NCBI RefSeq assembly: GCF_009914755.1
Contig: NC_060928.1
DNA length: 64,000 nt
Strand: one strand, 5' to 3'
Origin: the human T2T-CHM13v2.0 reference genome, Homo sapiens
The first letter of the stretch is position 1; every line of letters begins with the position of its first letter. This document shows, one piece after another, positions 11,963-24,247 of the stretch. The position numbers and the translations under genes are program-made. The notes beneath the pieces were generated by a model, which had not been told where the DNA came from, ran no database searches, and worked only from the letters and a program-made list of their open reading frames with translations.

Positions 11963-12330
11963 CTTAGCAAATGTTTATGGAACTCTACACTGTGTGGTGC
12001 ACTGGGGACCCCCAGATGAACGGGGCAGCCTACTGAAGCAGAAAGTGGACCATCCTGCACCAGGGGCCAGGCAGCATCCGGTGGGGACACAGAGGAGAGG
12101 GTCGTTCTTTTTGTGGGGTAAGATTTGGGAAGACTTCATGATGGAGGTGGCCTTTGCACTTTAGGAATGAATGTGACTGCCATGGTGTGGGTGGTCAGCA
12201 GAGGAGGCATTCCAGACTGAGGGCACGAGGACAAGGATATAAGTGTGGCATCTGGGGGGATTGGGAGAGACCCAGGCTCTCGGGGTGGGGATGAGACTGG
12301 GGTGGGGCTTGGGCTGGATCATGGAGGGTC
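11950..12330 (-). mobile_element. L2 fragment
   Basis: gaagacttcatgatggaggtggcctttgcac...gaggcattccagactgagggcacg, typical L2 text. Confidence 0.6.
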
Positions 12331-13744
12331 ACTCACAGGGTGCACTTGGGTGCTGCTGGAGATGCAGATGTCCTGGCCCATCCTAGAGCTGTGTTCTGAC
12401 AAGGGCCCCGTGATTGCTGAGGATGCTGACATCTGGGCAGCGGAGCTGAGATGACGGAGTTGCGGATGGCTTCTGCGGAGGGTGGTGGGAGAGTCACTGT
12501 CTTGCATAGCTTGGGGCACAGCGTGGAGCAGGATTGGGGGAATGGAGGCTGCGGGCCCTGGGGGAAGCATGGGCTGTGGGAGTAGCCTAGGGGAGCAGTG
12601 GGGAGGCCTGGGCTTTGGCAGGATGGATGAGGGGAAAGCTGCCTGGTGGCCAGGAGGAAGGGGGACACCCCAGTGACCCTGTGGCCTTTTCCTGGGGAGG
12701 CTGCTGAGGTCTGAGCCAGCCCAGTGCCTGTTCCCTGTGGGCTCTGCTCCTGGTGCTGCCAGACTCCTAGGACCCAGGGCCCGGCGCCTGGACGCCGGAG
12801 AGCGCTAGTTAGCGAGCAAGGCATGGTATGCCAGCCTCATTATGTCACCCCCCACGGCAGCCCAGGATGGCGGATTTATTCTTTTCATCATCTCTACAGC
12901 CCCCTGGGGTTCTGGACCCAAGCTCTTAATTCGCTTTCCTGCCAAGCCTCGTGGTCCGTGACCTTTAGACTCCCGCTCAGCTCCTACATTTCAATCTGAG
13001 CCCTCGGTGCTGGGGCTTTGCATAATGTGGGGGCTCCTGCCCGCGCCAGCTGTGCCATTTCTGTGAGGGATGCCACACTGTGTCGATGCGTGCCCCTCCC
13101 GCACCCTGCTGGGAGCTGCCCTGGGCCCCCTCAGTAGGCAGCGACACTGTGGGTCCCACTCTGTGGACAGGGATGCCATGGGGGTGCCCAGGGCACCCGG
13201 TTCAATTCTGCCCAACAGACTGTCATGTGTCAGCCTCTGGGGGCCGAGCATGGTCTCAAAGTCAAGATTTGGTAAGGCACTGGGGGACCCCCACCCTTGG
13301 GGAGTGTTTGGTCCCATAGAGACACTGCTGCACTGTCAGAGACAAGGTGTCAGTGATGGGCGCAGTGTAGGATGGCCATCACCAGAGCTCCCTGCTCCTC
13401 TGCACTAGGAACCTCCCAGAGGCTTTCTGGGGCATGGGTCAGCTGAGCCCAGGAGTCAGGCTTCGGCACCCGCATGTTCAACTACTGCCTTCCTGATGGA
13501 GGAGGCTGGGCTGGGCACAGGCGAGTCCCCAAGGTACCCGAGGGAGGCCAGGTACTGTCACTGCAGGCAGCAGGAACGGCACGGCAGAGGGAGCCTTCCA
13601 GAGCAGGGGGAGGCGTCGGCCAGCCCTGAGAACTAGGAAGGGTGGTGTGGGACCCAGACACCAACTGTGGACTATGCCTGCAGAAGCCACGGTGGGGACA
13701 GGAGCACATCCAGGGTGTCATCATGATGACGTCTCCTGGCCACC

Positions 13745-13826
13745 GCTGAGCACCTGCTCCAGGGCAGACGTAGCCCTCATCACGTCCTCCACAGCCTCCA
13801 CAGCAGCCCGCAGGTTGCCATCCTGT
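13745..13826 (+). repeat. 82-bp dispersed direct repeat, copy 2 (in a probable degraded MIR)
   Basis: 77/82 identical to 7999-8080. Flanks weakly resemble a minus-strand MIR core. Confidence 0.95.
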
Positions 13827-13874
13827 TTCCATCCAGGGGCCCGGACACTGGGCCACAGTGCAGTACAGACCCTC

Positions 13875-13926
13875 GCTGGGCTCAGGGTGAGCAGACACTT
13901 GCTGGGTTCAGGGTGAGCAGACACTG
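13875..13926. repeat. 26-bp tandem duplication (2 copies)
   Basis: gctgggctcagggtgagcagacactt followed by gctgggttcagggtgagcagacactg. Confidence 0.9.
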
Positions 13927-14109
13927 GCAGCTGTGGTGGTGGGTGGACGGGGTGGGTGCTGGGACGAGGACTCAGGAATGAGGCTGGCGGTCACCGTGGA
14001 GTGCAGCGCTTCTCAGGTGGGACGTTCTAAGGTCCCCAGGTAATACTGGCCTGGTCCCCCGTCTGATGCTGCAGGGTGGACTTCTGAGTGTCAGAGCCAG
14101 GCCATCCTG

Positions 14110-14235
14110 CATCTGAGTCCTGTCTCTGGCTCTGCCCACCTGGGCCTCAGGCGAGCCTGTACTCCTGCACGCCTCAGTTTTCCTGTCTGTAAAATGGGTG
14201 CCGTGGTGCAAACATCAGAGGATGGTGGGGAGGAG
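14110..14235 (+). mobile_element. MIR fragment
   Basis: gcctcagttttcctgtctgtaaaatggg MIR core motif. Confidence 0.7.
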
Positions 14236-16329
14236 TCTGAGGTTTGCACTTGTAATACACTGTCCTGTCCGCTATCCCATCCCCTTCTCTGGTCTCAGTT
14301 TCCGCATCTGTAAAAGGAGGCTGTTGGGCTCAGGAGCAAGATGGAAAGGGGGTGGGGGAGGACCGTATCCCCAAGCCTCTCCAGGGAGCCCATGCATCTG
14401 TGCAGGCATAGGGGTTAATGGACCACCCACTCCCACCGAGCCCTTGATCCTGGCAGCCCCATCTCCCCAGGTGCTGGAGTTACTAGGACAAGGACCTTGA
14501 TCCCCCGCCAGAAGGATGCCTGGGATTTGGGCTGTCATCACAGTGGCAGGTTCTTCCCTCGCCCTGAAATGTATTGATTCTTTTGATACCTTGATTTCGA
14601 GATGTGCTGGGTCTGAGCTGCCTGGGGCCGAGAATAGTAGCGTGGGCTTTGCAGTTGTGGGGACACTGCCTTCTCCACCCTCCAGCTGCCAGCAGGCCTG
14701 TTCTGCTGCTGCAGAAGCAAGGGTGCTGAGTTCTCCCAGAAGTTTCCAGTCATTGCCATGCTATTGGTCTTTCATTACTTTTAGGAAGGAAGTATTACTT
14801 TGAATTGCATCCTGTGCTGTGCAAGGGTTGTTGGCCCAAGGACTTCCAGGAACACTCTGTGGCCCAGTGACCCAGCATGGTGGCCTCTCTGGGGTATCAC
14901 TGGGCGGCCGACGTGGCCACATAGCCCAGGGCTGGGAGGCTGATGCTCTCGCCCTTGGGTCCCTGAGCTTGGAGGAGATCCAGCTGCAGTTCCAGTCCTG
15001 GGCTCTGCAGGTCTAGGCGGCCTCCCTGGCCATTGTCCTCTAGGATCTGTCTCCTTGGCCAGCTCCCAGCAGCTCACGTAGGCTTCTGTCTTTGCTGTCA
15101 CGGTGCCTGGCATACAGTAAGAGCTTAGCACATGCTTGGAGGACTCTGCTGTTCTTAGGCCCTGACAGCGCAGCCTGCCACCCTCTCCAGGAGCCTGATG
15201 ATGGCTGCCCCAGGCTGTGCCCCTCCAGGCAGCCTGTCCACGGCTGCTGCAGTTCAGGGGACAGACTCAGGGGCAGGCAGTGCTGGGGCCAGGAGGCCGG
15301 GGAAGGCCTCGCCGAGGAGACAGGGGCTAGGCTGGGCCTGAAGTCTTGTGGAGTGCGTGGCAGGGGAACTTAGGCCTGGGGAAGGCAGAGCAGGAGCGAG
15401 TTGGGCACAGGGTGGAAACTGAGGCTGAGCATCTGGAGCTGGGCTCTGCGTTGCATCCCGTGAGGGTCTGAACTCTGTGTCTATCTGGCGTTCTCCAGTG
15501 ATTTCCCCTCCTGGAGCCTCGGTGTCCTTGCCGGTGAATGGTACTAACAGCAGATAGGCGGGAGGTGGCGAGCACACAGCACTGTGCCGGCTTGCATGAG
15601 GGCGCCTTGTGCAGCCGCACCAGTTAGTACCCCACCCTTCTGCTGCCCGCGCCAGGCTCAGCTGAGGCAGGGAAACTGGGCGTGGCCTCATCGCCAGGAC
15701 CCTCCTTCTTAGGCAGCCTCTACCTTCATCCCCACAGCAGATCTTTGGGGCAGGAACTGGTAAGACCCTCATTTTCTAGAGCAAGAAATGGAGGCTCAGA
15801 GAGGCATGGCCACTGGCCTGAGGTCACACAGAGGGTCCAATCCTGGTCCCCTTAGCCTTGAGTGACTGTGTCTTGACTGTAGGCTACCCAGGTTTCTGCG
15901 ACTGCAGAGAACACAGAGCGGGTGGATGGGGAGCCCCCAGAGGTGATTAGCGGGGAGGTGTTTGTGGCCTGGCCCCTGAGGGGTGGCTTCCTGGGAAGGG
16001 GGTGATAGGCACTAGGGTAGAGCGCCCTGTGTACTTGGGGCCCATTCTGGCTGTTTGTGTGGCCGTTGAGAGGCCAGGCCTTGATTGTCAGAGGGGACTG
16101 ATTGTGCTGCCTGAGTCTATCCATGCCCACTCTGATGAGCACTTAGTGGGCAGAGAGGCTTGGAAGAGCAGGCGAGTGCTGGTTCCGTTTGCTGCAAAGG
16201 TGAGATGCCTCCCTTCTGGATTCCCGGGCAGCTTATCGTGGCAGGCGATGTTGCTAGCGCTGCAATTCCATTTAGACAGGTGTGAGCACCCGTGAAACTC
16301 TAGGTGCGAGTGTAAGGGTTGCCAAGCCT

Positions 16330-16900
16330 TGAAAGAGTCTCCACGCACTCATAAATCTTTACTAGATGCTGAAGATGGAGCAGAAAACAAAAAAGTTGAA
16401 AATCCCTGCCTGCTGGCATTCTAGTGGGGAGGAGGCATGTAATAGCTTCTGATGGGTAAACACGTGCCTGTTGGCCTTCAGACACTTGCACGTATGGACG
16501 TTCATGTGGGTACATATACCTGCACAGAAATGCATTCATGTATGTGAGTGTGAAAAGGAGAAAATAAATACAGAAGGGGAATATGAAGTGTCTGGAAATG
16601 GAGGAGCTTGGCGTTTTAGGTAGGGTGGCCAGAGGAGGTCTCACTGCAGGTGACTTTTGAGAGATTCTGGGAGGGAAGTGAGGGCAGGAGCCACGTGGGT
16701 ATCTGAGGCCTGAGCATTCCAGGCAGCAGAACGGCCAGTGCAGGGGCCCTGGGGCAGGAGTGTGTTGCCAGGCTGAGGACTGGGAGTGTGTCTATTGGCA
16801 GCAGGAGAGTGAGGGGGGTCTGAGAGTCACGGGAGAAAAGACAGGAGGTGCTGGGGCAGGAGGGGTTGATGGCGTAGGTGAGGGCCATCGGAGAGAATAT
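16330..16900 (-). mobile_element. L2 fragment
   Basis: ggtagggtggccagaggaggtctcactgcaggtgacttttgag...gagccacgtgggtatctgagg...gcattccaggcagcagaacggccagtgcagggg. Confidence 0.75.
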
Positions 16901-16965
16901 TCTCTGCCGCTGTGCTGTGTTGCTGCCTAGTAGAGCCACTGTTACCGGTTTCTTACCATGGTTTT

Positions 16966-17280
<315 letters not shown>

Positions 17281-20200
17281 TAATGCTGTCTCATCTCACA
17301 GGAGAAACTTCTGTTATTTTCCAGATGGAGACCTGGCCTTGGGGGAGTCCCAGGGCTCTGTTGAGCCCACCTGGGAAAGACTGGTCGGGTGGGGCTCTGA
17401 GGCAGCCATCCTGAGATGCTGGGCCTCTGTGCCAGCGCACATGGTCACTGGCAGCTATTTTTAGTTCCTGGCAGTGGTGCAGGAGGAGTTTGGGGCCTCA
17501 AGTCCGGCCGAGAACAGAAATTGGAATGTGAAGTTTCTGACAAGCAGCAGATAACATGGGCAATTTTCATCTTCTTCTTTAGTAAATCCAACTTTAACAA
17601 AATTGATTGCAATAAAAATAGACAGCCTTTTCAAGATGCCCAGGAAAACCTCCTAAGCCAAAGGGATTCCTGCTGAAAACAATCTTAACTTGTTATTTGA
17701 AGAAAGGCTTTATGCTCCTGGTGGCCTTCTGGTCTGTGTCCGCTGGGCTGCTGTTTTTAGAAGAGACCCCTCTTGGCTGCTGGTCTCAGGTGGCCACAGT
17801 GACCCACAGTGGCTCCTCCCAAGGGGACCCTGTTCACATCCTTCTCAATATAGTTGCAGCCAGGGAGTGAACCCTGGGCCGCAAGACTAGGCACTGACTC
17901 TAGCATTTAATACTTTTATTTATCTATCTATTTATTTATTTATTCAGCATCTTTTGAAAAGGACCTATTATGGACCAGGTATTGAGCTTGGTGCAACGGG
18001 TGCCTTATTGAGGAAAGCAGACGGGATTCTATGTCCTGAAATGTTAAGTCTTATGTTTCAGCCTCTCTGGGCCTCTGTTATCCCATCTATAAAGTGGGAA
18101 TAATAATACCCAGTGGGGAGGGCCATGAGTTTACGTCAGATCCTGATTGACAAAGCTCTTTGGAACAGGCAGAACGATGGGCCCAAGGAGGGGAGTTTCG
18201 TTTTCTCCTTCTGCTTGACATACTCTATTGTGGATGTTTTTTAGAGTGTGATTTCTCTAGGATTTGTACCATGATCCATCCGAAATGTGTGTGCCGTTTT
18301 CCTTTTGCTTCTAAATTAGAGAACTATCAAGGAGCATGGTGCCAGAGTGCTCAGGAGTTCTTGGGATACCAGCGGACTGTGGGCCAGGGGTGCTGTTGGA
18401 TGGCTGTCATCTGCAATGTGAAGTGCATCTTCTTTCGGAAACAATGTTCTTTCCGATGCGCTGGCAAGAGGGAGACAGCATTCTATTTGACTCATGGTGG
18501 GAATGAAGAGGCCACGTTTGCAGAGGCCGAATGACATGACTGTAATCCAACTCTTCCATGAACCAGATGTACTCAAAAGAATAAACAATGATTTTATTAA
18601 TTTTGGATGCTGGTGCTTGAGGAAAAACAGATTTAATTAGATTTAATTAGAAGAGGCTGGGGAGGTAGAGGGAGTCTGGAGGGGGTCACTGGTACTGCAT
18701 ACAGCTTTGTGTGTTGCTAATGATGCTTTTTGCTGTGCAGAAGGTCAAATCCAGACTGAGGCTGTCGTTAAATTTTTTTTAAGGTATAGCAGCCATGCTG
18801 CTGGTAGGGCTCCTAGGTCCTTGCCTAGCTAGGAAGATGGCTGGTAGCAGCCTTAAGCCAGACAGTTCTCACTGGTCACTGGGTGGCGCTGTGAGCTCAG
18901 AGCAGCTTGGTTGCTCTCAGGAGTGAGGGGCCTGTGTGCGTGTGCTCACGTGTGTGCATATATGTGTGTGCCTGTGTGTGTGTGCAAGTGGCATCAGTGG
19001 GGACGGTGGAAGCCAGGCCTGCACCCTCACGTGGTTGTGTTTGTGTTAATCTGTGGTGTGATTAGGAGCGTGAGCTGCTGCCCTGCGCGTGTCTGGGTTT
19101 GAATCCAGCTCCTCCTGTCACTAGCTTGGTGCTTCTGTTTTCGCCTCTGCTCCCTCTCTGGAGTCTGTGGCTGACCCCTGTCCGCCAGCTCCTGGTGCAC
19201 ACGGCCTCCCTGGGTTGGGCTGGGCCAGTGAGCCCTCTGAGGTCTGTCCCGGCCATGTGGCTGTGGCACTCTTTACCACTGCTGGCCTGTCACCCCCATC
19301 ACCCCTGTGCCCTCGCTGCAGCCTCTTCATCTGGGCCATCCGTGGCTGCATCTGCCCCAGCAGCTCCACCACTGGGAGCACTAGGCATGGCCCACGTCCC
19401 TGTGGAGTTCAGCGGGGAGCTGGGCACAGCACTGGACTCAGCAGGAGACTCCCCCGTCCTCTTGGCCTCTGTGGCTCCTTCCTGTGCTCCCCAGAGGCTC
19501 CTTCAAAGTCCCTGTCCCTCCTTCCTCCCCACTGCCCTCTGCTCCTGCCACTCTCTGCAGAAGGTTCCTTTGTGCCCAGGATGCTGCTATCAGTTGAAGG
19601 GGGACCTCCTCCTCACTCACGGGCTGCCCGTGGCTATGTTGGCAGCTTCTGAGCTTCTGCAGAAAGGCTGGGGCCCAGCACCGAGGGATCTGGGGCAGGG
19701 CTGTGGCCGGGAGGGCCCCCGACCTCCTTTGGACTGCCAGGAGCAGCTCCCCTGCTGGTCTCTATACCTGGTTGGAGTCCCCGTGGCCGGGACAGTGGCT
19801 CCAATAACCACGCTCAGCGGCCCTCCTCTTCCTCTCTCTCTTGCTTTCCTGGAGGGCTTCAGTTTTCTTTTTTGAATCTTCCTGGTCCCAGACCCTTCCC
19901 TGGGTGAAAGCTACTGTCACCAGGCTGCTGACTGCTGACTGTGAGCCTGGGATCTGGAGAAGGGCCTTAGGGAGGGCTGGTTTGTTTGCTAAAACAGCCC
20001 CTGGGGAGCTGGGGCTGGGCCCGGCTGGGTCGCTGGGCGAGTCTCGCACTTGGCCCCCAGGATAGGCCTCTTATGGGTCATTTCCTTCTTGTAAAGCAAA
20101 AAGCAGGGGTTCTGGCCGAAAAGTTCTGAAAAGACCACTTTTGCCCTTTCGGATGTTAGGGAAGTGAATAAAAGAGAAAAGAACTAACTCTTTGATTTCT

Positions 20201-21251
20201 TTATCTTTGAAGATAAAAGCCCAAGAATTTGTCAATGAGGGTGAACAGCCCAGAGCTGCCTTCATCTTTGTTGAAACTGCTTTGGGGAAGGTGGACGTTG
20301 TTCCTGGAAGGGTCGGAATCTTGTGCCGTCTGTTTGGCGAGCACAGCCCTGAGTGTCTCGTGGTGGCTTCTTGTCTGTGGGGAGCACAGGAAAGCTCTGC
20401 TCTCCACAGAAGGGAATCTGAGCTTCCTCACTGTAGACCCGGTTTCTAATTTCAGCTCTTGCCCTTCAAAGCTGGGGCCTGGGAGAGTCCACCTGACGTT
20501 GTTGGGCCTCCGTGTTCTGGGCTGTGATGACCCCGGCCCCACGGGGCTGTCGTGATCCCCGAAGGAGATGGTGTCAGGGGAGCTTGCTGCAGGGGCAGAG
20601 AACAAAACACCAGGTACCTGCGGGTGTTGCTTGCACGTACCACCTTGTCACCTCCTCCGGAAGAAGAGAGAAGCTGAGAACCCTGCTGAGCTTTGTTCTT
20701 ATCAGGTTTTACTTCTGTAAAAAATGTTTCACCAGCAAATTACCTCGATGAGTCCTTCCTGGGGATTTGTAATTTGTTTGATACGTAACGCGGGGCCATC
20801 CAGGGTGTCAGCTGGAATGAAAGATACACTCTAATTTGCCGGGGAGCTTGGAGGCTGGAGTGATGATAATTAGAAGTGATTATCTTCCTCTGATTCTGCC
20901 GAACGTTTCCCCGTCCTCGTGGTGGAGGTGGGAACTGCGCAATGCTGGGAAAGGTTGTGACTGCCCTGAGGCCCAGCCGCCCTGAGAGCTTGGTCCTGTC
21001 CTTGTTTTCTGGGCTGGGCTGTGTCTGCATGTTGAAGGGCTGTCTTTGAAAATGGCCTTCACTTTCTAGCCCCGGATCCTGTTGGAATCCTGAAGCTGCA
21101 ACTTGTAAACCTCCCCCTGAAGGGGCAGTGAGAGTGACCATGACAGTGACAGTAAGAGCAACTGCCCGCTGTGGTGCTGTCTCCAAAACACCCTGAGAGT
21201 AGGGCTGGTGGCTGAAGTCGGGTGGTTTACACCCCGGTCGACCTTCATTTG

Positions 21252-21617
<366 letters not shown>

Positions 21618-22593
21618 ACTAAAGGCCCCCATTTCCTGGGGGGCCGGTGGGGCTTGGCTGGTGGGCAGAGGACACCCAGTGTTTTAAGGTCCCTGCTTGT
21701 CCAGGCCTCACTGCCCTCTGTGTCCCTGGTTAGTGCTGTGGAGAAGGGGTGGGACATGGGCCCCGGTTGTTGTGTGGTCCAGCATGAACGCTCCCAGTGG
21801 CCCTATAGACCTCCTTTCTCCTCCTTTTCCTCACCTGGACGTGGAATGAGGGTCCAGCCTGAGTCCCTCCTCTTCACTCAGTTTTTTACTTACTGTGCAC
21901 TCTTCCATGTCAGGCACTGTGAGAGGCCTGGTGCATGGTTGTGATGGCGTCAGATGATGCCCCTCCCTGCCCTTCTGGGGTGCATGGTTTGGTTGGAGGA
22001 GGCAATTTGCAGTGAGAAACAAAAGAATCCACAGGAGACGCACTGAGAACTCTGACAGTCGCCAGCACACGATGCCATTCCGTAGTCTCTCCCTGGTTAA
22101 GGTGGTTTTCATTTTCTTTTCCGTTCCGATTCTGGGTGCTTCTGAGTGCCTCACATCCGTTTGCTGAAAGTGCTGCAGAGCGACTGAGTGAGCACTTGGG
22201 GAAATGAGCAAACATCTGTGTGCGTGTGTGTGTGGCCTTGCTGGGCGCTGGGATGCTTGCTCCGCAGGCTGTTTAGCTGACGGTGTTGAGCGTCTACTCC
22301 GTGCCTGGCAGTGGGAGTGCAGGGACAGGTGGAGTTCACAGCATCCCTGGCTGCAGCTGAGTGCAGCTTGACTGTTGGGGGTACCGGGCAGAGGCTGCCG
22401 TTTGACTGGCGAGGAAGCTACCTACCTCTCTGTTATTACATCACCTAGGCAGCTTCAGGACCCTCAGACCCACCCTGGCTGCCGCACTGATTCGGTAGGG
22501 CCTTCCTCCTGCTGTGGCTGGTCCTTAGGAAAGCGGCTGCGTGAGAGTCACATGAGTGTTCCCTCGGAGCCTTTCAGAGCCCTGTTGTCTTCT

Positions 22594-22885
22594 TCTTTTT
22601 TTAAAAGACAGGGTCTCATTCTGTCATCCAAGAGTGCAGTGGTATGATCACAAATCACTGCAGCCTTGAACTCCTAGGCTCAAGGGATTATCCAACTCAG
22701 CCTCCTGAGTAGCTGCAACTACAGGCATGCACCACCACGCCTGGATGATTTTTTTTTTAAATTTTATTTTTGTAGAGTTGGGGTCTCACTATGTTGCCCA
22801 GGCTGGTCTCAAACTCCTAGGCTCAAGCAGTCCTCCCACCCCGGCCTCCCAAAGTGCTGGGATTATAGTGTGAGCCACTGCACTG
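22594..22885 (-). mobile_element. Alu (AluJ-type)
   Basis: agacagggtctcattctgtc...cactgcagccttgaactcctaggctcaag...gggtctcactatgttgcccaggctggtctcaaactcctaggctcaagcagtcctccc (J diagnostics). Confidence 0.95.
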
Positions 22886-23439
22886 GTCTTCTGAATCAAT
22901 CCCTGAATCTTTAGCTCACTGCGTCATCCCCAAGCCCGTCTCTTCCCCTTCCTCTCCACCTTGGCTGGACACCTGGGCTATCATGTCCTTTGCTCTCTCT
23001 TTCTGGAGTGAATTTCTCCCTATTCATCCTGCTTTCCCAAGCCCGCCCACACTTCCAGGCCCAATTCAAATGTTAGCTTTTGGGTGAAGCTTTCCCAGCC
23101 CCCTCCAAAGTGGCTTTCCCCTGGTCCAGACTCCGTGGCCATTACTTCCCCCAGGATTTGAGCTGATGCTCGGTCAGTCTTATACCAGAGTTAGCTGCAA
23201 ACATGTCTATGAGCGCCCCAGCTTGTCGCCTGCAGTGGGCAGGGATCACACCTTACCATTCCCAAGTTGCCGTCACAATCGCTTGGCCCAGGGCTCAGCA
23301 CCGGGAAAACGCTGGTTGGATGGGAGGCACTGGGGCGCCCATGGTGGGCTAGCAGTGACACATGCTGGTGAGTTTCCAGAGGACGGTCAGCCCTGGTCCT
23401 CCTTGAGTGCGTCATTGGCTGCAGGGCCCCTGGGGGCTG

Positions 23440-24247
23440 AGGGTTGGCTCGGCGCCCTGGTGAGGTGCTGACCCCACCCCACAGGCTTTCTTTCTCCATG
23501 AGGGATCTGAGTTCCCCCTCCCCATCCACGCACAAGCTCTGGGGGATTGCACTTAGTTGTCACGTGGGATGTTCTGGTCTCGCCAGCATTGAGATGCTCT
23601 CTGAGCTATAGAAATGGCAAGGGCTGGATTTAGGAGGTAGGTTTTGGATTTTGGGCAAAGAAGGGGCTAGGGTTGAGGAGATCTTGGCCATTCTCCTCCC
23701 TGCTAGGCTAAGCTGAGAACCGAGGTTCAGAGAAAGTGGTGTGATTTGTCCCCTGCGTGATGGTCTCCAAGACCACCCCTAGGAGTGGTGATTTGCTAGG
23801 GGAACTCCCAGGCCTTGGCAGTGAGAGGAGAGAGACAAGGCCAAACCAGCTGAGGGAAAGGTGCGGGGAGTGAAGGCTGGAGGAGCCCGGGCTCCAGCTT
23901 CCAGAACCCTCTCCCGGCAGAGCCACACGGCACAGGCCTGATTCCTCTGGCATCTCATGATGACACCCGTGAAACACCGTCTATCAGGGAAGGAACTGGC
24001 TGCACAGGCTCCCTCGCCAGACACACACCAAAACTCCAGACTCTCAGAAGGCCAGCGGGTGGTCGTTGGCATGAATCATGTGGTTTGCACAAACAGCAAA
24101 GGCACACTGAGCCCTGCTTCTCAGTTAGGGCGTGGGGATCCCCCCCCACAAACCCAAGTTCGCAGACGCCAGGCAAGCAGGTAGCTTCCCTGCGAGGGCA
24201 GGCCGGCCTCTGGGTCAGCACCTCACCAGGGCACCAGGCCAAACCCT
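23440..24247. repeat. spaced inverted repeat, ~35-bp arms (23440-23474 / 24212-24247)
   Basis: gccctggtgaggtgctgaccc (23454-23474) is the exact reverse complement of gggtcagcacctcaccagggc (24212-24232). Extends imperfectly outward. Confidence 0.9.

Noticed and set aside
19099-19875. Longest ORF (258 aa)
   Set aside because: Non-ATG start inside a MIR-like segment, low-complexity L/P/S/A composition typical of chance ORFs in GC-rich DNA, no family resemblance.
20858-20893. C-box (TGATGA) and D-box (CTGA) pair suggesting a C/D snoRNA
   Set aside because: Only ~35 nt apart with no terminal stem, too short.
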